Under the pieces are notes generated by a model that saw nothing but the letters and a program-made list of their open reading frames with translations, was not told the origin of the DNA and did no database searches. Positions 14,371 to 27,421 of a stretch of 64,000 nt of DNA are shown here, piece after piece. Made by a program: the position numbers and the translations under genes. Source of the stretch: the human T2T-CHM13v2.0 reference genome, Homo sapiens; NCBI RefSeq assembly GCF_009914755.1, contig NC_060929.1; one strand, given 5' to 3'. The first letter of the stretch is position 1; each line of letters begins with the position of its first letter.

Positions 14371-15479
14371 GCTATGTTGCCAGAGGCAAAAGTCAGATTA
14401 TGACTTTTAAAAACAGAATCCAACAATTAAAGAAACACTTCGAGGTAAATACCGGGGTATTATTTTCAACACGGCACCATTTAGCCCTTTGGAGAAGAGA
14501 CAAGAACAATTCCTATTGCAGAAGAACCCTAGGAGCCTGGGTTATTGCCAGACAGCCTATTTTCATTTTCCTGAGCCCACCTGCATGTTAAAAGCAAGTT
14601 TAAACTCTCCTGCCACCAGGAATTTAAACAATAAAGAGAAGCCTATTAATGGGATACAATGGAGGAAAAAAATGGACACATTTGTTACCAATAACCTATG
14701 CACCTCTCTTCCACCTCCAAACCCAACTTAGAAGCCCTTAGCATCAGTACTTTCTTTCTTCGATATGTAGATGTGGCTGGCTACAAATACAAGGTCAGTG
14801 ACTAGTTCCTTTTGAGCCACTTCTGATAGAAGAAATCAAAAGACTGAGTTGAGTTTGAAGTATCTTCTGAGCAGGCAATGCCTTGCTTTAGGCAGGCCCA
14901 CCACAGTGTGGGTCTCGACCTATAATGTCATCTGATCTCTCATCTATGTTGGTCAGGACAAGCCTGTTTGACTGTCCGGCTCTCCTGAGATGGTAGCATC
15001 CGAAAGTGAAGGCTTTACCCTCCACTGTCGTTGATGTATTTCCACCTAAAGCTTGGACAAAAGTCATTCTAAGTACTGGCTCAGTCTTACTTATGGTGGC
15101 AAAATTAGACAATCTTAAAAATCAAAATATTCTTCTGAGCAGGTCACATTAACCAAAACTAAATTATTTTTGATTCTTGTTAATATACTTAGATTTCAAC
15201 TCTAAACACATAAGAATGACTTTCACCTTTTTTTAATTCCAAGGAGAGGAGATTCTAACTATGTTTTATCTTCAAAAAGTCATAGTAAAGAGGAGGTGGC
15301 AGAGCATGGTGGTGGCCAAGTGGGGGTCAAAGCCACCACGAGGAAAGGGACATCACAAGTGGGAGGGTGGCTTTGTCGGTCTCCGGTAGCAGCTGAGGCA
15401 GGTGGTGGCAAGGTGGGATTAGGTGCAGGAAGGTGGCTGAGTGGTGCGGCAGCGTGGCAGGGGCAGGAGGTTATCTTAT

Positions 15480-16721
15480 ATGCAGGAGAATCTAACAGTA
15501 TATAAATATATTGAGGACAGTGGGAACTAGGTTTTTCATGGAAGAAGAGAATTACAAATATGAAAAGAGGGAACACTAGAATGAACTCTGTGGTTGGACT
15601 GGCATTGGAGGTATTGAAGTGAACTCACAGTTTATAGCTCAAGATACATGTGTATGTGTCTATGTATACATAGGTCCTTACCCCGCTTTCAGAGAGAATC
15701 TGCAAGCAGCAAAACCCCAATAGCAAGGAGCACGTTTAACGCTCACATCTTTGCTTCTCAAAATAGCTCACCACTAAGAAGAACCAAGGCTCTTTGAAAA
15801 AATGGTTTGTTCCAGGGAAGGGGCAGGGAAAAAATAAGAATAGCCTAGAACATCTTGTACCAGAAAGTAAGGAATCACTTAAAGAATCATGAGATGCATC
15901 AAAAAGGACATAAAAGGCAGTCTGAAGAAGCTCCTACTGGCCAAGTCTGGGACATTTTAAGCATGAAAATCGTAAGGTCGTAATGGGTAATAGCTTTCTG
16001 TTAATTTGGTGGAACTGATTTTTAAAAAGTGAACAAATAAATGGGGACAAGAGAAACTCTTCTTTACAGTAAATTTTAACTTGTAAATGTAGAAGAAATG
16101 ATGGAACTGAACATTTTCATTTGGCAATCACAGTACTAGTTAATTCTGATTACAGAATTGAGACATGTTAATATTAGCGGGTGAAAGAGAAACAACAGGA
16201 TATTTACATAGTCTCAAAGTATCTCATCCGAAAACATTTATTACTTTTATAGACTTTATTAATTTTAAAGAAAAACAGGACAAGTTTATAGTGGAGAAAG
16301 CTGGCAGATATCATTTTACTCAAGTGATCAAAATTAACATTACCAGTGGTGTCACCAGTTGACATAAATTCCTACTTGATGGGATGTGGGGAGAAGAGCT
16401 CGGCATAATTTCAGTAATATTCTTGCCAAAAGTTCATGAAGAAACATCAGACAAACTCTAATAGAAATAAGTGGCCTGTAATTTTAAAAACTGCTAAGGA
16501 CATAAAGATCAAGGAATGACTCAAGCACTGTTCTGAATTGAAGTAGGCTGAGGACAGATGACAGCTAAGTGCAATGAGTGCTCTGGTTTGAATCTTCTTT
16601 CTATCGAGGACATATTAAGACAGCTGGCAACATTTGAATGAGGTCTTTGGGTAAAGGATGTGGGGAAGTTCTGTGTACTGTACTTGCAGTTTTCCAATAA
16701 TATTGAACATACTTGAAAAAA
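15480..16721 (+). mobile_element. L1MC/L1MD-type 3'UTR
   Basis: gtggagaaagctggcagatatcattttactcaagtgatcaaaattaacattaccagt; ends tgtactgtacttgcagttttcc...aaaaa. Confidence 0.7.
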
Positions 16722-17390
16722 TAGGGCATCCAAAATTGCGTACACAGAATTCTACTTCTAACTAGGATACAGAAGTTTGAAAAAGATTGTTGTTCTCATA
16801 ACAAAAAATGCCAAATAAACTAAAATTCATATCTTTTTAAAAGCCATGGGGCAGTAATGAAGGAATATATGTCTAAGTCAATCATATTCCAGAGAAGAAC
16901 AAGCCTTTAGTAGAACTGATATATACAACATCTGAAATAAAGGATTAATGGGCTTCGATAAGATTAAGAGCTGACTGGACATAGCAGAAAAAGGGATCAA
17001 TGAATTCAAAGACAGGTCAATAATAAAAAAGGCCTGTACTGAAGCACAGAGAGAAAAAAGAATGAAAAAAAAAATTAAACAGATCATTAGAGAACTGTGG
17101 GACAATAAGAATAGGACCAACATACATGTAATTGGAATTTCAGAAGGAGAGGAGATAATGAATAGGGCAGAAGGAATATTTGAAAATATATTGGCTAAAA
17201 ATTTACAAAACTGAAGAAAGACAACTCAATATCTGAAGCAAGGAATCCTCAAGCAAAATAAATACAAAGGAAACCACAAAGGCAAATTATTATCTAACAA
17301 CTGAAAACCAAAGATAATGAGAAAACATAAGAAGCAGCCAGAGGAAGAAAAGACACATTATTTTCAGGGGAACAATAAGAATGAGGTTTC

Positions 17391-17735
<345 letters not shown>

Positions 17736-18454
17736 TCAGTAGACAGTGAACTAACTTTCCACCTCAAGAATAAAGAAAAAGGAAAGAGTGTACCAAAAGG
17801 AAGCACAAACAACAAAAGTAAGGAAAAGACATCACTAAACTAGAAAACGAGTAATAGAGAAAAATCAGCAAAGCTAAAATGTGGTTCTTTAAAAAAATTA
17901 TGAATGTATAAATTCTTAGCAAGTCTGATCAAGAAGAAAAAAGATGGATATTATAAATTACCGATATCAGGAGTGAAAGAAAGAGTATTTCTATAGCTAT
18001 TACAGACATCAGAAATTATTAGGTGGTATTAGAAATTTTACACCAATAATTTGACAAATTAGATAAAATGAAAAATTCTGTAAAAAGCATAATTCATGAA
18101 ACAGGTCAATATGCTCACGGATTAGAAGTCTCAATATATCTAAGATGTGGATTCTTCCTAAATTTACCTACAGATTTGACACAATTTCATTCATAATACC
18201 ACCAGACTTCTTGAAAAAAATCGACAAGCTATTCTAAAAATTATATGGAAATGGTTATAGAAATAAGGAAATAAACTTTATATAGAATATGCAAAACAAT
18301 CTTGAAAAAGAACAAGCTTGGAGAACAAATGCTACCTTAACTCATGAATTACTATACAGCTACAAAAAATAAGACCATGTGGTACTTGAATAAGGAGAGT
18401 GACTGAGAGGACGGAAATAGCATTATACTATACAGTCATTTGACTTTTAAGGAC

Positions 18455-19613
18455 ACACCTTCATTGAAGTATAATTGACAATTAACTACACCTATATACA
18501 GCATACAATTTGAAAGGTTTCGACATATATGTACACCCATGAAACCATATCACAACCAAGACAACAAACACATCACCCAAGATTCCTCATGCCGCTTTGT
18601 AACCCTCCCTTTGCCCCTCCCTGTCCCTCCAACCCAAGTCTGATCTGGCTTTTGTCATCAGACATTAGTTTGGATTTCCTATAATTTTATATAAATGGGA
18701 TCACGTAGTAGATGCTCTTGTTTTGTGTGGCTTGTTTTACTCAGCATAATTATTTTGAGATTCGTTCATGTTATAGAATACATCGATAGGTTTTAGCTTC
18801 ATTAAAGTTTGCCATGTGTCAATAGTTCATTCCTTTTTTTATTTTTTATTTTTATTTTTTGAGATGGAGTCTCACTCTGTTACCAGGCTGGAGTGCAGTG
18901 GCATAATCTTGGCTCACTGCAACCTCCCAGTTTAAGTGATTCTCCTGCCTCAGCCTCCCGAGTAGCTGGCACTACAGGCACGTGCCACCATGCCCAGCTA
19001 ATTTTTGTATTTTTAGTAGAGACAGGGTTTCACCACATTGGCCAGGATGGTCTCAATATCTTGACCTCATGATCTGCCTGCCTTGGCCTCCCAAAATGCT
19101 GGGACTACAGGCGTGAGCCACCACACCCAGCCAGTTCATTCCTTTTTATTGCTGAGTAGCATTCTACTATATGGATATACCACAGTTTGTCTATTCATTC
19201 AACTGTTAATGGACATTTGGGTTGATTCTAATATTTTACAATTTCGAATAAGGCTGCTATGAACATCTATGTACAAGTATTTTTATGGATATATGCTTTA
19301 ATTTCTTTTGGGTAAGTAGGTAAGAGTAGAATGGCTGGATCATAAGGTAAAAGTAAAAGGTTTACTTTTTAAAGAAACTGTCAAACCATCTTCCAAAGTG
19401 GTTGTACCATTTTACATTCCCGTCAGCAGATTATGAATGTTCTGGTTCTCCCAGATCCTTGCCAACACTGGCTATGGTCAGTCTGCTAACTTTCAACTTG
19501 TTTAAATTTAGTGGCATATTACTAAATGCGTAGTGGTATATCACTGTGATTTCAATCTGTATTTCCTAATGACTGATGATCTTGAACATCTTTTTATGTG
19601 CTTATTTGCCACT
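18455..19613 (-). mobile_element. L1MB-type 3' end inserted in the older L1
   Basis: ttcattgaagtataattgaca...tatatgtacacccatgaaacc; tttttattgctgagtagcattctactatatggatataccacagtttg; ttccaaagtggttgtaccattttacattccc. Confidence 0.8.
18839..19132 (-). mobile_element. Alu (AluSc-like)
   Basis: Full-length antisense Alu with tctgttaccagg and gacctcatgatc variants. Perfect 15-bp TSD AGTTCATTCCTTTTT at 18824-18838 and 19133-19147. Confidence 0.96.
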
Positions 19614-20469
19614 CATAGGTATATATCCAAGAGAAATGAAAGACTATGCTCACAAAAGGACACATACAAAAATATTTATGGAAGTTTTATTCATAGTAGT
19701 TCCCAAATGGAAACGAACCTAATGTACATTAACAGGAATCACAAAACAAACTGTGATATAGTCATACAATAAAATACTACTTAGCAATAACAGGAACGAG
19801 CAATGGATTTTCCCAGCTACATGGATAAAACTCAGTGTTATATTGAGTTTGAGTCAAAGAAGCCACAAAGTTTCCTTACTGTATGGTTCCACTTACATAA
19901 AATTCAAAAATAGCTAAAACTAATCTACGATGCTAGAAATCAGAACAGTGCTTGCCTCTGTGAATGGGAGGGTTGACTAGAAAGATCATTTTCTAGGTTG
20001 ATAGCAATGTTTTATATCTTGATTGAGTGATGGTGTATACATGTGCTGAATATCATTGACAAAAATCTATGCATTTAATTGTATGTAAATTATACCTCAA
20101 TTTTAAAATAATTCATATTCAGGTTTTACTTTTTGTTCAAACCACACTTGTGATTAAATAATCTCAAGTGGAAATTTAAGAAATCTTTTATTCCTCCCAA
20201 ATCTTAACAAGCAATCCAGGGCTTCACACCTGTGCAGGCTGGCTGGCAGGGGCTCTGACCCACTCTAGGCTCTGAAGATGAAGGGGGCTCTCAGGCAGGG
20301 ACTACTGTGCAAATTCCCTGACCTCAAATGATGGTGCCACCATAGCAGCAGGAGCAAGAGGACAACAGGGACCTGGTGTGGTCTGGAGCTGCTCAAACTG
20401 CAGAGATGCTTCTAACACAGGAGAGGGTCACACACCCATGCTGGTGGGCCCTCTGTTCATGGCTGCAGC

Positions 20470-21129
20470 CAGGGCTGGCCCACGGGTGCATGGCTGTAGA
20501 GTAATACAGGGTCCCACACTCAGAAGGGCCTTGAGCTTGGGGCTTACTGCTGGGGTTCTTGTCTTGAAATGCTTGCTGATCCTCTTTGAATTTGTGTTCT
20601 ATACGAGAAGGGTGACGGGACAGTGGAGAATGTGCCAGGGCTTGCAGCCTCGGCTCATGTGTGGCCCTGACTCTCACCTCCTCCTCAGCATCCCAGGATG
20701 GCTCTCTGCTGCCTGCTTCTCACCCCTATCCCCTGGGTGGTCTCCCCCACTCACCCCTGCTGCTGCCTTCAACCTTGAACAGTGACCTGGTCACATTGAG
20801 GGAGGGAGCATTCTGCCATTGCCCTCCACCCCTGGCAGGGGCCTGGGTGTGGGTATGGGTGAGGCAATGGTTGGGCCCACACCACCAGGCATCTCAGGGC
20901 GGGGCAAGGGTATGGCTGTCACTGCCCAGGCTGATAGCACCATGGTGCATACAGTGGGCCTCTTGCTCACCTTCAAGTCAGGTTTTGAACACATCCTGGT
21001 ACAGGGGTTGCAAGCTGTTGGATGTTGTCTGTCTGTAGAGGGTTGGGCAGTGGGCCCAAAGGAAACCCCTAGCTGAGGCTCTACATTTGCCTTCTGCAGT
21101 GGGTCCTACAAATTATGTGGCCAGTTCTG
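20470..21129 (+). mobile_element. MER45-family (hAT-Tip100) non-autonomous DNA transposon
   Basis: Starts CAGGGCTGGC...cagggtcccacactcagaagggcc and ends tgcagtgggtcctacaaattatgtgGCCAGTTCTG (imperfect terminal inverted repeats). 8-bp TSD GCTGCAGC (20462-20469) / GCTACAGC (21130-21137). Confidence 0.85.
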
Positions 21130-21477
21130 GCTACAGCCACTGTCGGGGGACTCCCCTGCCTGCTGTCTGTATACTTTCCCTTGCATGATCCCAGGCCCGA
21201 CAGCTGAGCATATGGGATAAGAGTTTCCCCATTCGCTGAGCTCTTCGCTTGCCCTTGTGGTGTGCATTCCACGGGGTGGCCATTGCCCTAACGGTGGGTA
21301 ACACTAGCAAGCTGGTCCAGGAGGGGGAGCCATTTCCAACGCCTTATGTGCTGTCTTCAGAAATGATCTCTAAGTGCTGCTCTCAGGAGGATAACAAGTG
21401 AGCCCATCCCGCCACCTTGAATGACAGCCCATAGGACACAAAGATTGGCAGCAAGCTGCTTTGGGTGGGCATCATGC

Positions 21478-22450
21478 TCACTCATTCATTCATTCATTCA
21501 TTCAGATACCTATTGAGTGTGTGCCAGGCCATATTCTAAGTGCTAGAGATATAGCAGTGAACAAAACATACAAAAATCCCTGCCTTTATGGAGCTTATAT
21601 TTGAGTGGAGGAGACAGGCGGGAAGTGATAAGTACCATGAAGAAAAAGAAAACTAAAAAAGGAGATGAGGAGTGAAGGGACAAGGGATATTTAGATAAGG
21701 TGGTCAGAGAGGGCTTCTTGGAGGAGGCAGCCTTTCAGCATGGAGTGAGGGAACAAGCTGAAGAGGATCAGAGTCCAGACCGAGTGCCAAGTCCCTCGGG
21801 TGGGAGTGAATTTGATGTTTTCAAGGAAGAGCAAGAAGGATGATTGGGATGAAGGAGAGAAGAAGGACGTGGGCAAAGATGGGGTTAGAGGCGAGTTGGG
21901 GACAGAGCAGCAGGGCTGGGTGGGGAGCTCTGGCTGTGTCCTAAGTGTAGTAACAAGCCACTGGTGGATTTTAAGCAGGAGAGTGGTACGATATGATCTA
22001 TGTTCTTTCAAATGCATGCTGGCTGCTGGGTGGAGGATTGACAGAAATGTGGCAAAAGGAGAAGCAGGGAGGCAGCCTAGGTCTGAGCAAGAGAGCCGGG
22101 CCTGGACTGGGGGGCACTGAGGAAGAGCGGAGGGCTTGGTGAGACAGTGGAGGGTAGTGTGAGTGAAGGAGGCGGGGTAAGAAGGACTGTGTAGGTTTGC
22201 AGCTGAACAATGAGGAGGATGCTGTTTACCGTTTACTAAAAGGGGGAAAACGTGTCAAGACCAGGTTTGGAAGGAAAAAAAAAAATCAAAGAATTTGTTC
22301 TAACTACTTTAAGAATGGGATGGCTATTACGTGTCTAAGTGGGGAAAATCAAGGAGGGAGGTGTCCCTGGAGATGCAGAAATGGAAGATTTTAAAGTCAT
22401 GGGACTAGAAGACATCACCTAGGGAATGAGAGTAAATAGAAAACAGTGTC
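21478..22450 (-). mobile_element. LINE-2
   Basis: (CATT)n tail, then acctattgagtgtgtgccaggccatattctaagtgctagagatatagcagtgaacaaaac, followed by purine-rich L2 body. Confidence 0.85.
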
Positions 22451-23264
22451 ATCCTACACAAATTACTCTTAGACAATTATCGAGCATGGTAATTTGTGAA
22501 ATTTAACAATTCTATCTCTACATTAGGAAAGGTGTGTTTGACTTGAAAATATGTGTTTAATTGGGTCATTCAGACCACTTCAAAACTCTTGCCACGTTTA
22601 TTTCATTTTTCCTTTATGGCTGCAAGTTGTAATGTCTTAGAAACAACACCCAAGCCCCTCTGGGCTGAAGTGATTGTTCTGATGAATGAGGCTTTCTGTC
22701 TTCTGAGAGAATGAGGCTAAATGAACAAGAAACAGGTCAGTGCTGTGCAGGCTCTGAACGGCCGAGCTCTAGTTTTGAAGTTTCATTTGTACAGTTGCTG
22801 CCTGGGGGAAATGGAAAGAAAAAGAAAAGATCCCCTGGTATTTCTGTCACAACAGGTTGGAGCTGGCCCGCTGGCTTTGTTCTTGGACTGCACGAATGAA
22901 TGGGCGGCTTGTTTCCTGGCCCCTTTTAACTGCTCTGCACTGCTCACCTGGATGAGGCGCAGTCCTGAACTGGGGTCTTGGGACATTTCCAGCATTCGTT
23001 GACATCAGCAGAAACTTCAGTCCTAAATGCATCCAGGCGGTACCTCGTGCTGTCCTGTCTGCCAGCTAGGAGCTGGAGAAGGCCCATCCTCCCTCTGCCT
23101 TGCTCTCTTGGGTCCTTCCTGCCCTCCTTCCAAGAGCCTTTCACAGCACTCTCTGTGGAAGAGGCCCTCAGCCTCCCTCCTGGAACCTCAGCGGGCAGGG
23201 CTGCCCAATTCTGCTGCTATGTGAGGAGTTAGCCCCTGCTACAGGAGCGACAGAGTGCATGGGG

Positions 23265-23430
23265 TGACAGTAGTAAAGGCACAAAGGTGGCTGTGGTCAT
23301 CGAGGGGTGGTGGGGATGATGGCGGTGAGGCGGTGGTGATGGCTAATGGTGGTGGAGGCAATGGTAGTGGTGACGGCAGGGATGGTGGTGGTTGATGGCA
23401 GTAAGGATGGCGATCGGGGTGGTGACGATA
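23265..23430. repeat. Degenerate (GGT/GAT)n low-complexity tract
   Basis: ggtggtggggatgatggcggtgaggcggtggtgatggctaatggtggtgg... Confidence 0.8.
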
Positions 23431-24464
23431 GACGTAGTTAGAAACAGCTCATTTTCTTCCCCTCTGAGAATGAGTACAGACAAATGACTCATGACTGAGG
23501 CCACGGGACTGCTCTCTGCACAGAGCAGGAAGAAGACATACATAACTGAGTATAACTTTGTCACAACGGAGTACTCGGTGGTGCACAAGACTGGGTGTGC
23601 ACGTGCCAGGACAAGTCCCTCGGTGCACACAGCGCACGTGAGCTGGAGCCCAGCATAGAGCTGAGGAACAGCGCTGGGGTCCCGGCGGTTCACCAGCTTA
23701 CCACCAGGTGTCGCTGTGTGCACGAGGGCAAAGGGCACCCGCAGACCAGCAGGGCCGAGCCGGGCTCTGCAGAATCGGACTGGGCTCCCTGTGGGGAGAC
23801 CACATTCTGTCTGACGCCAGCAGAAGAAGTGCCTGTCCCCAAGATTTCAGGGGACACCTCAGACCCGAGTCATGCAGCAGCTCCGAGGCAGGTGGTGCCC
23901 CTGAACTTTCTAGCCGTTCAAAGTCAGTGCACATCCAAGCGTTTGCTGAGTGATTCTGCTGCGCGGGTAACCACCCAGACCCGTGAACAGTGCAGGAGGC
24001 CAGTTCGGAAGTTATCATGAGATGATCACCCAGTGTGATGGAAGCATCTCCTGGGACCGGCTGACAATTTGGGAAGTTTACAGAGCACTTGAGAGAGACA
24101 CAACCCGAGGGGACTGTTTTGGAGATGGGAGATAAAAGGAGATGATATTTGTATTCAATACCTTAGAGACAGGAAATGACATGTTTTGTGAGCTTTGCAT
24201 TTCCGAGCAGTCTCTCAGATGATGGTCTTTAGAATGTCCAGGGGCACCTGGGTTCTCTACGACTTCCCTGGTTGTGCTGTCCCACGGCGTCTCCAGGTTG
24301 GTGACACTCAAGCACTACAGGAATACGTGATGGTGTCCTCTGAGAGGCACTATGGCACATCTCAGGCCAAGGGAAGGCTGGTCTGGACAGGGAAGCTGGC
24401 AGTGACCATGTGGTCACTAGGCAGCATTCCCATAGCTGGGCTCACTTCTAAATACCACGTAAAG

Positions 24465-24640
24465 GAGAGAGTACTGGCTTTGGAGTCTAACGATCTTGAG
24501 ATCTTGAGTCTAATTCTCCCATCTGGAAAATGGGAGAATAAGCCTTTCCCTGAAGCCCATAGAGAGAAGCACATGCCATAGTGAAATGTAAGGCACTTAG
24601 CATGGTTCCTGGTGCACAGTGGGTGCAGAAAATGCTAGGC
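24465..24640 (+). mobile_element. MIR SINE
   Basis: gagagtactggctttggagtc...ctcccatctggaaaatgggagaata...tgtaaggcacttagcatggttcctggtgcacagtgg. Confidence 0.65.
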
Positions 24641-26799
24641 CTTTCCTCCCTTCCCATCAAATAGATAACCTAATCAAAAGAAAATCTGTAAAAACAAAAC
24701 AAAAGATATAGCAACATTTCTTATGCGCATCAGACTGGGTCTAACTATTAGACTGTGGATTAATCTATTTCAAGTGAGTATTGATAGAAAAGATCTACGG
24801 GCTCACATGTATTGCACATTTATTATGTTCCAGACACCATAAGGACTTGATGTAGATTTTGTTACAGATTTTTGACAACACTTTATTATAAAGTTTTTAG
24901 TTTGTAAATCTTTTTAACATTAAGATTTCTTCAAAGTGACCTAAAAAAAAAGGTACCTTAGCTAAGTCCGAGGTTTGTCTTAAGAGCTGCTCTCAAGCTG
25001 TTTGAATGGCCTGTCCCAGCCTGGTCTTGTCTCCCAGCAGGAGACCCAGAGCAAGTCAGCTAGAGGCTGGCAGAGATAATGCCATCCCCAGGTGGCAAAG
25101 CTGTTAACCGCGCATCGCCAAACCCTCCAGGCCTGAGGTTTAACAATGCCCCACAGCAGGAGTTGTGCTGAGATATTAAGAAAGAGACAAAAGGGAAAGC
25201 TATGTCGAATGTGAGTTCAAATTGTTCAGCAGAAAACCTGGAAAAGTAATTAGCAGACTCTTGTGAGGAAAGAATTAATGCCCAACTGACCTCCCAAGAC
25301 TCTGTAATATCTGAATTTCCACTGTTGGATATTCATTTCTTTGAATAGCCCTTCTGGGTTCCTCTCTGAAACTCTACATTTGAACTTTAAAGTTAAAGCA
25401 TTAATTAATTAATTCACTCATTGAATAATTCTGTGTTCCTACTGTGGGTGAGATGCTAGGTCCTGGGACACAGCAGAGAATAAGGGAGATATGGATCCTG
25501 CCCTCAAAGCTTATGATCCAGTTTCTGGCTGTCAAGTGTAGCCGTGTGGTTTGTCCACTGCACGATAAGCCAAGTGGCGGAAGAAATCCAGAAGCTGGCT
25601 GGGTCCAAAGGGAGAACAGGGACATAGGATAAAGAGCCTGCATTTGAAGTTAGGGTGAGGAGAAGGGAAGCAGGAATGACGTGGGGGGCTCTAGTCTTCC
25701 TGTCTAAGTGCTGGGGACCCCCCCTGAGCAAGACCCTTCTCTCTTGGCCTTGGTCTTCTCTTCTTCCACATATGGGGAGCTGGAAGTGGACCAGTCTTGA
25801 CTTCCTCTGTAGCTTTCACCTTCCTCATTGCCCCAACATCCCTGAGAGTGTGCCTTTGATCTCAAAAGAAGTCATCTTTCCCAGTTAGGAATTTTTAAAG
25901 CACAGAGTGTGCTAGCAGAAGACAGAGTGTTGTCCTTCAAGCCTGACCAAAGGAAAGTCTTTGCCATGAAGGGAGGACACAGGGAGCAAAGGATAGCCGG
26001 GAGTCTGGGGAGGTGAGAGGGGGAGACCTGCCTCCGTGGCTCTCCTGGGCTGTGCTGACCCGCAGGACCAGTGGCTTGGGTCTCCTGCATAATGAGCCCA
26101 TGTCACTTCATGGGGGTTCTGGGCAGATGAATAGCGCTGCCCTGCCCCCTCCGCACTCCCTAATTGGAGAATGTCATGAAGTTGGTCTCCAGACAGAGAT
26201 CATTAGGAAGAGACTAACAATTCTGATCCCTCATAACGGAGCTCTCATGGCCAATTAGCAGCAGAGGAAACTGAACTGTACCGTGGGTTGGGGAATGATC
26301 AATGCCGGCATTGTGCATTCTGGCAGGGTGGATCACTGGGTGGCTGGGGAGTGGAGGCAAAAGTAGTAGAAGCGGTGGCAATGGGGGCTATGGAGGAGCA
26401 ATCTCTGGCTGGAGGCACAAGCCTCAGTCCCGTTATTTCCCAGGGAGACAGTCAGCCAGTTCTGCTTTAATAATGCACTGATAGAAGCTCCAGTTCCCTT
26501 CTTTAGTTTAGCAAACACCACTGCTACTGCAATCCAGAACCCAAACCAGGCTAAAATGTTTCCTTTTTCCGAAAGTCAGCACAAGTTCTGGGAGGAGTAA
26601 GCTGAGATTTCAGGTTCTAAAACAACCTAAATCTCAGCATGTCTTATGTTCTCAGTGTTCCGTCTCTCAAATGCCCAACGGCCCAGAGGAATTTTGGTTT
26701 ATCAAACCTTGAAATACCCCAACATTCCTCACAGTACTCTTCCATCCTATGAACTAGCTCACACTGCCCCCCAAGACTACCCCAGCAATGTCACCACTG

Positions 26800-27003
26800 G
26801 AGAACACACAGGCTCTGGAGTCAGGCAGCCCTGGGTTACAATCTCACTTCAGCTGTGTGACCTTGGACCAGCCACATAACCTCTCTGGGCCTCAGTTTCC
26901 ACACCTATAGAGCATGGATAACAACTACTATCTTCCCCAAGGACGAGAGACGGCTCATGTGCAATGCCCAGCACAGTGTGGGCCACCAGAAGGTGCTCAG
27001 TAA
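26800..27003 (+). mobile_element. MIR SINE
   Basis: acaggctctggagtcaggcagccctgggtt...gctgtgtgaccttggaccagccacataacctctctgggcctcagtttcc. Confidence 0.8.
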
Positions 27004-27310
27004 CTGGAAGGGTGCCTTGTTTTATCAGCTCCCACAGCTGAGCCCTGTTCTCAAGGAATGAACCCAGGGGCCTGAGAGGATGTAGCCCCTTTTGGCAGTA
27101 GAGATATAAGAGTCCACTTCCGAGGCTTGCCTTTCTCAATTTGCAGGGCTACTGCCTTCTCCAGACCTCCCAAGCCCAGGAAACTGTTGGTAAGTGAAAG
27201 GGTGAGTGAGTGTGTGTTGCGGGGGTGGGAGTTCTACACAACACAGGCGGCTCTCCTCATGAGTGCTTCCAGCAATTAGTGCACGCAATGGCGGGGGGAA
27301 GGGCGGGAAT

Positions 27311-27421
27311 GGCGGGGGCGATAGGGGTAAAAATGCAGATTCCTGGACTCCACACCCAGTGACTCTGTTCAGTAGTTCTGAGGCAGGGTCTAGGAATGTG
27401 CCTTTTTAACTAGGACCGTGG
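27311..27421 (-). ncRNA. MIR1289-2: microRNA precursor mir-1289-2; mature miR-1289 at 27330-27352
   Basis: The reverse complement of 27330-27352 is UGGAGUCCAGGAAUCUGCAUUUU, which I recall as miR-1289. Inverted arms at 27329-27359 and 27378-27407 form an imperfect hairpin. Same strand as FSTL4. Confidence 0.9.
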
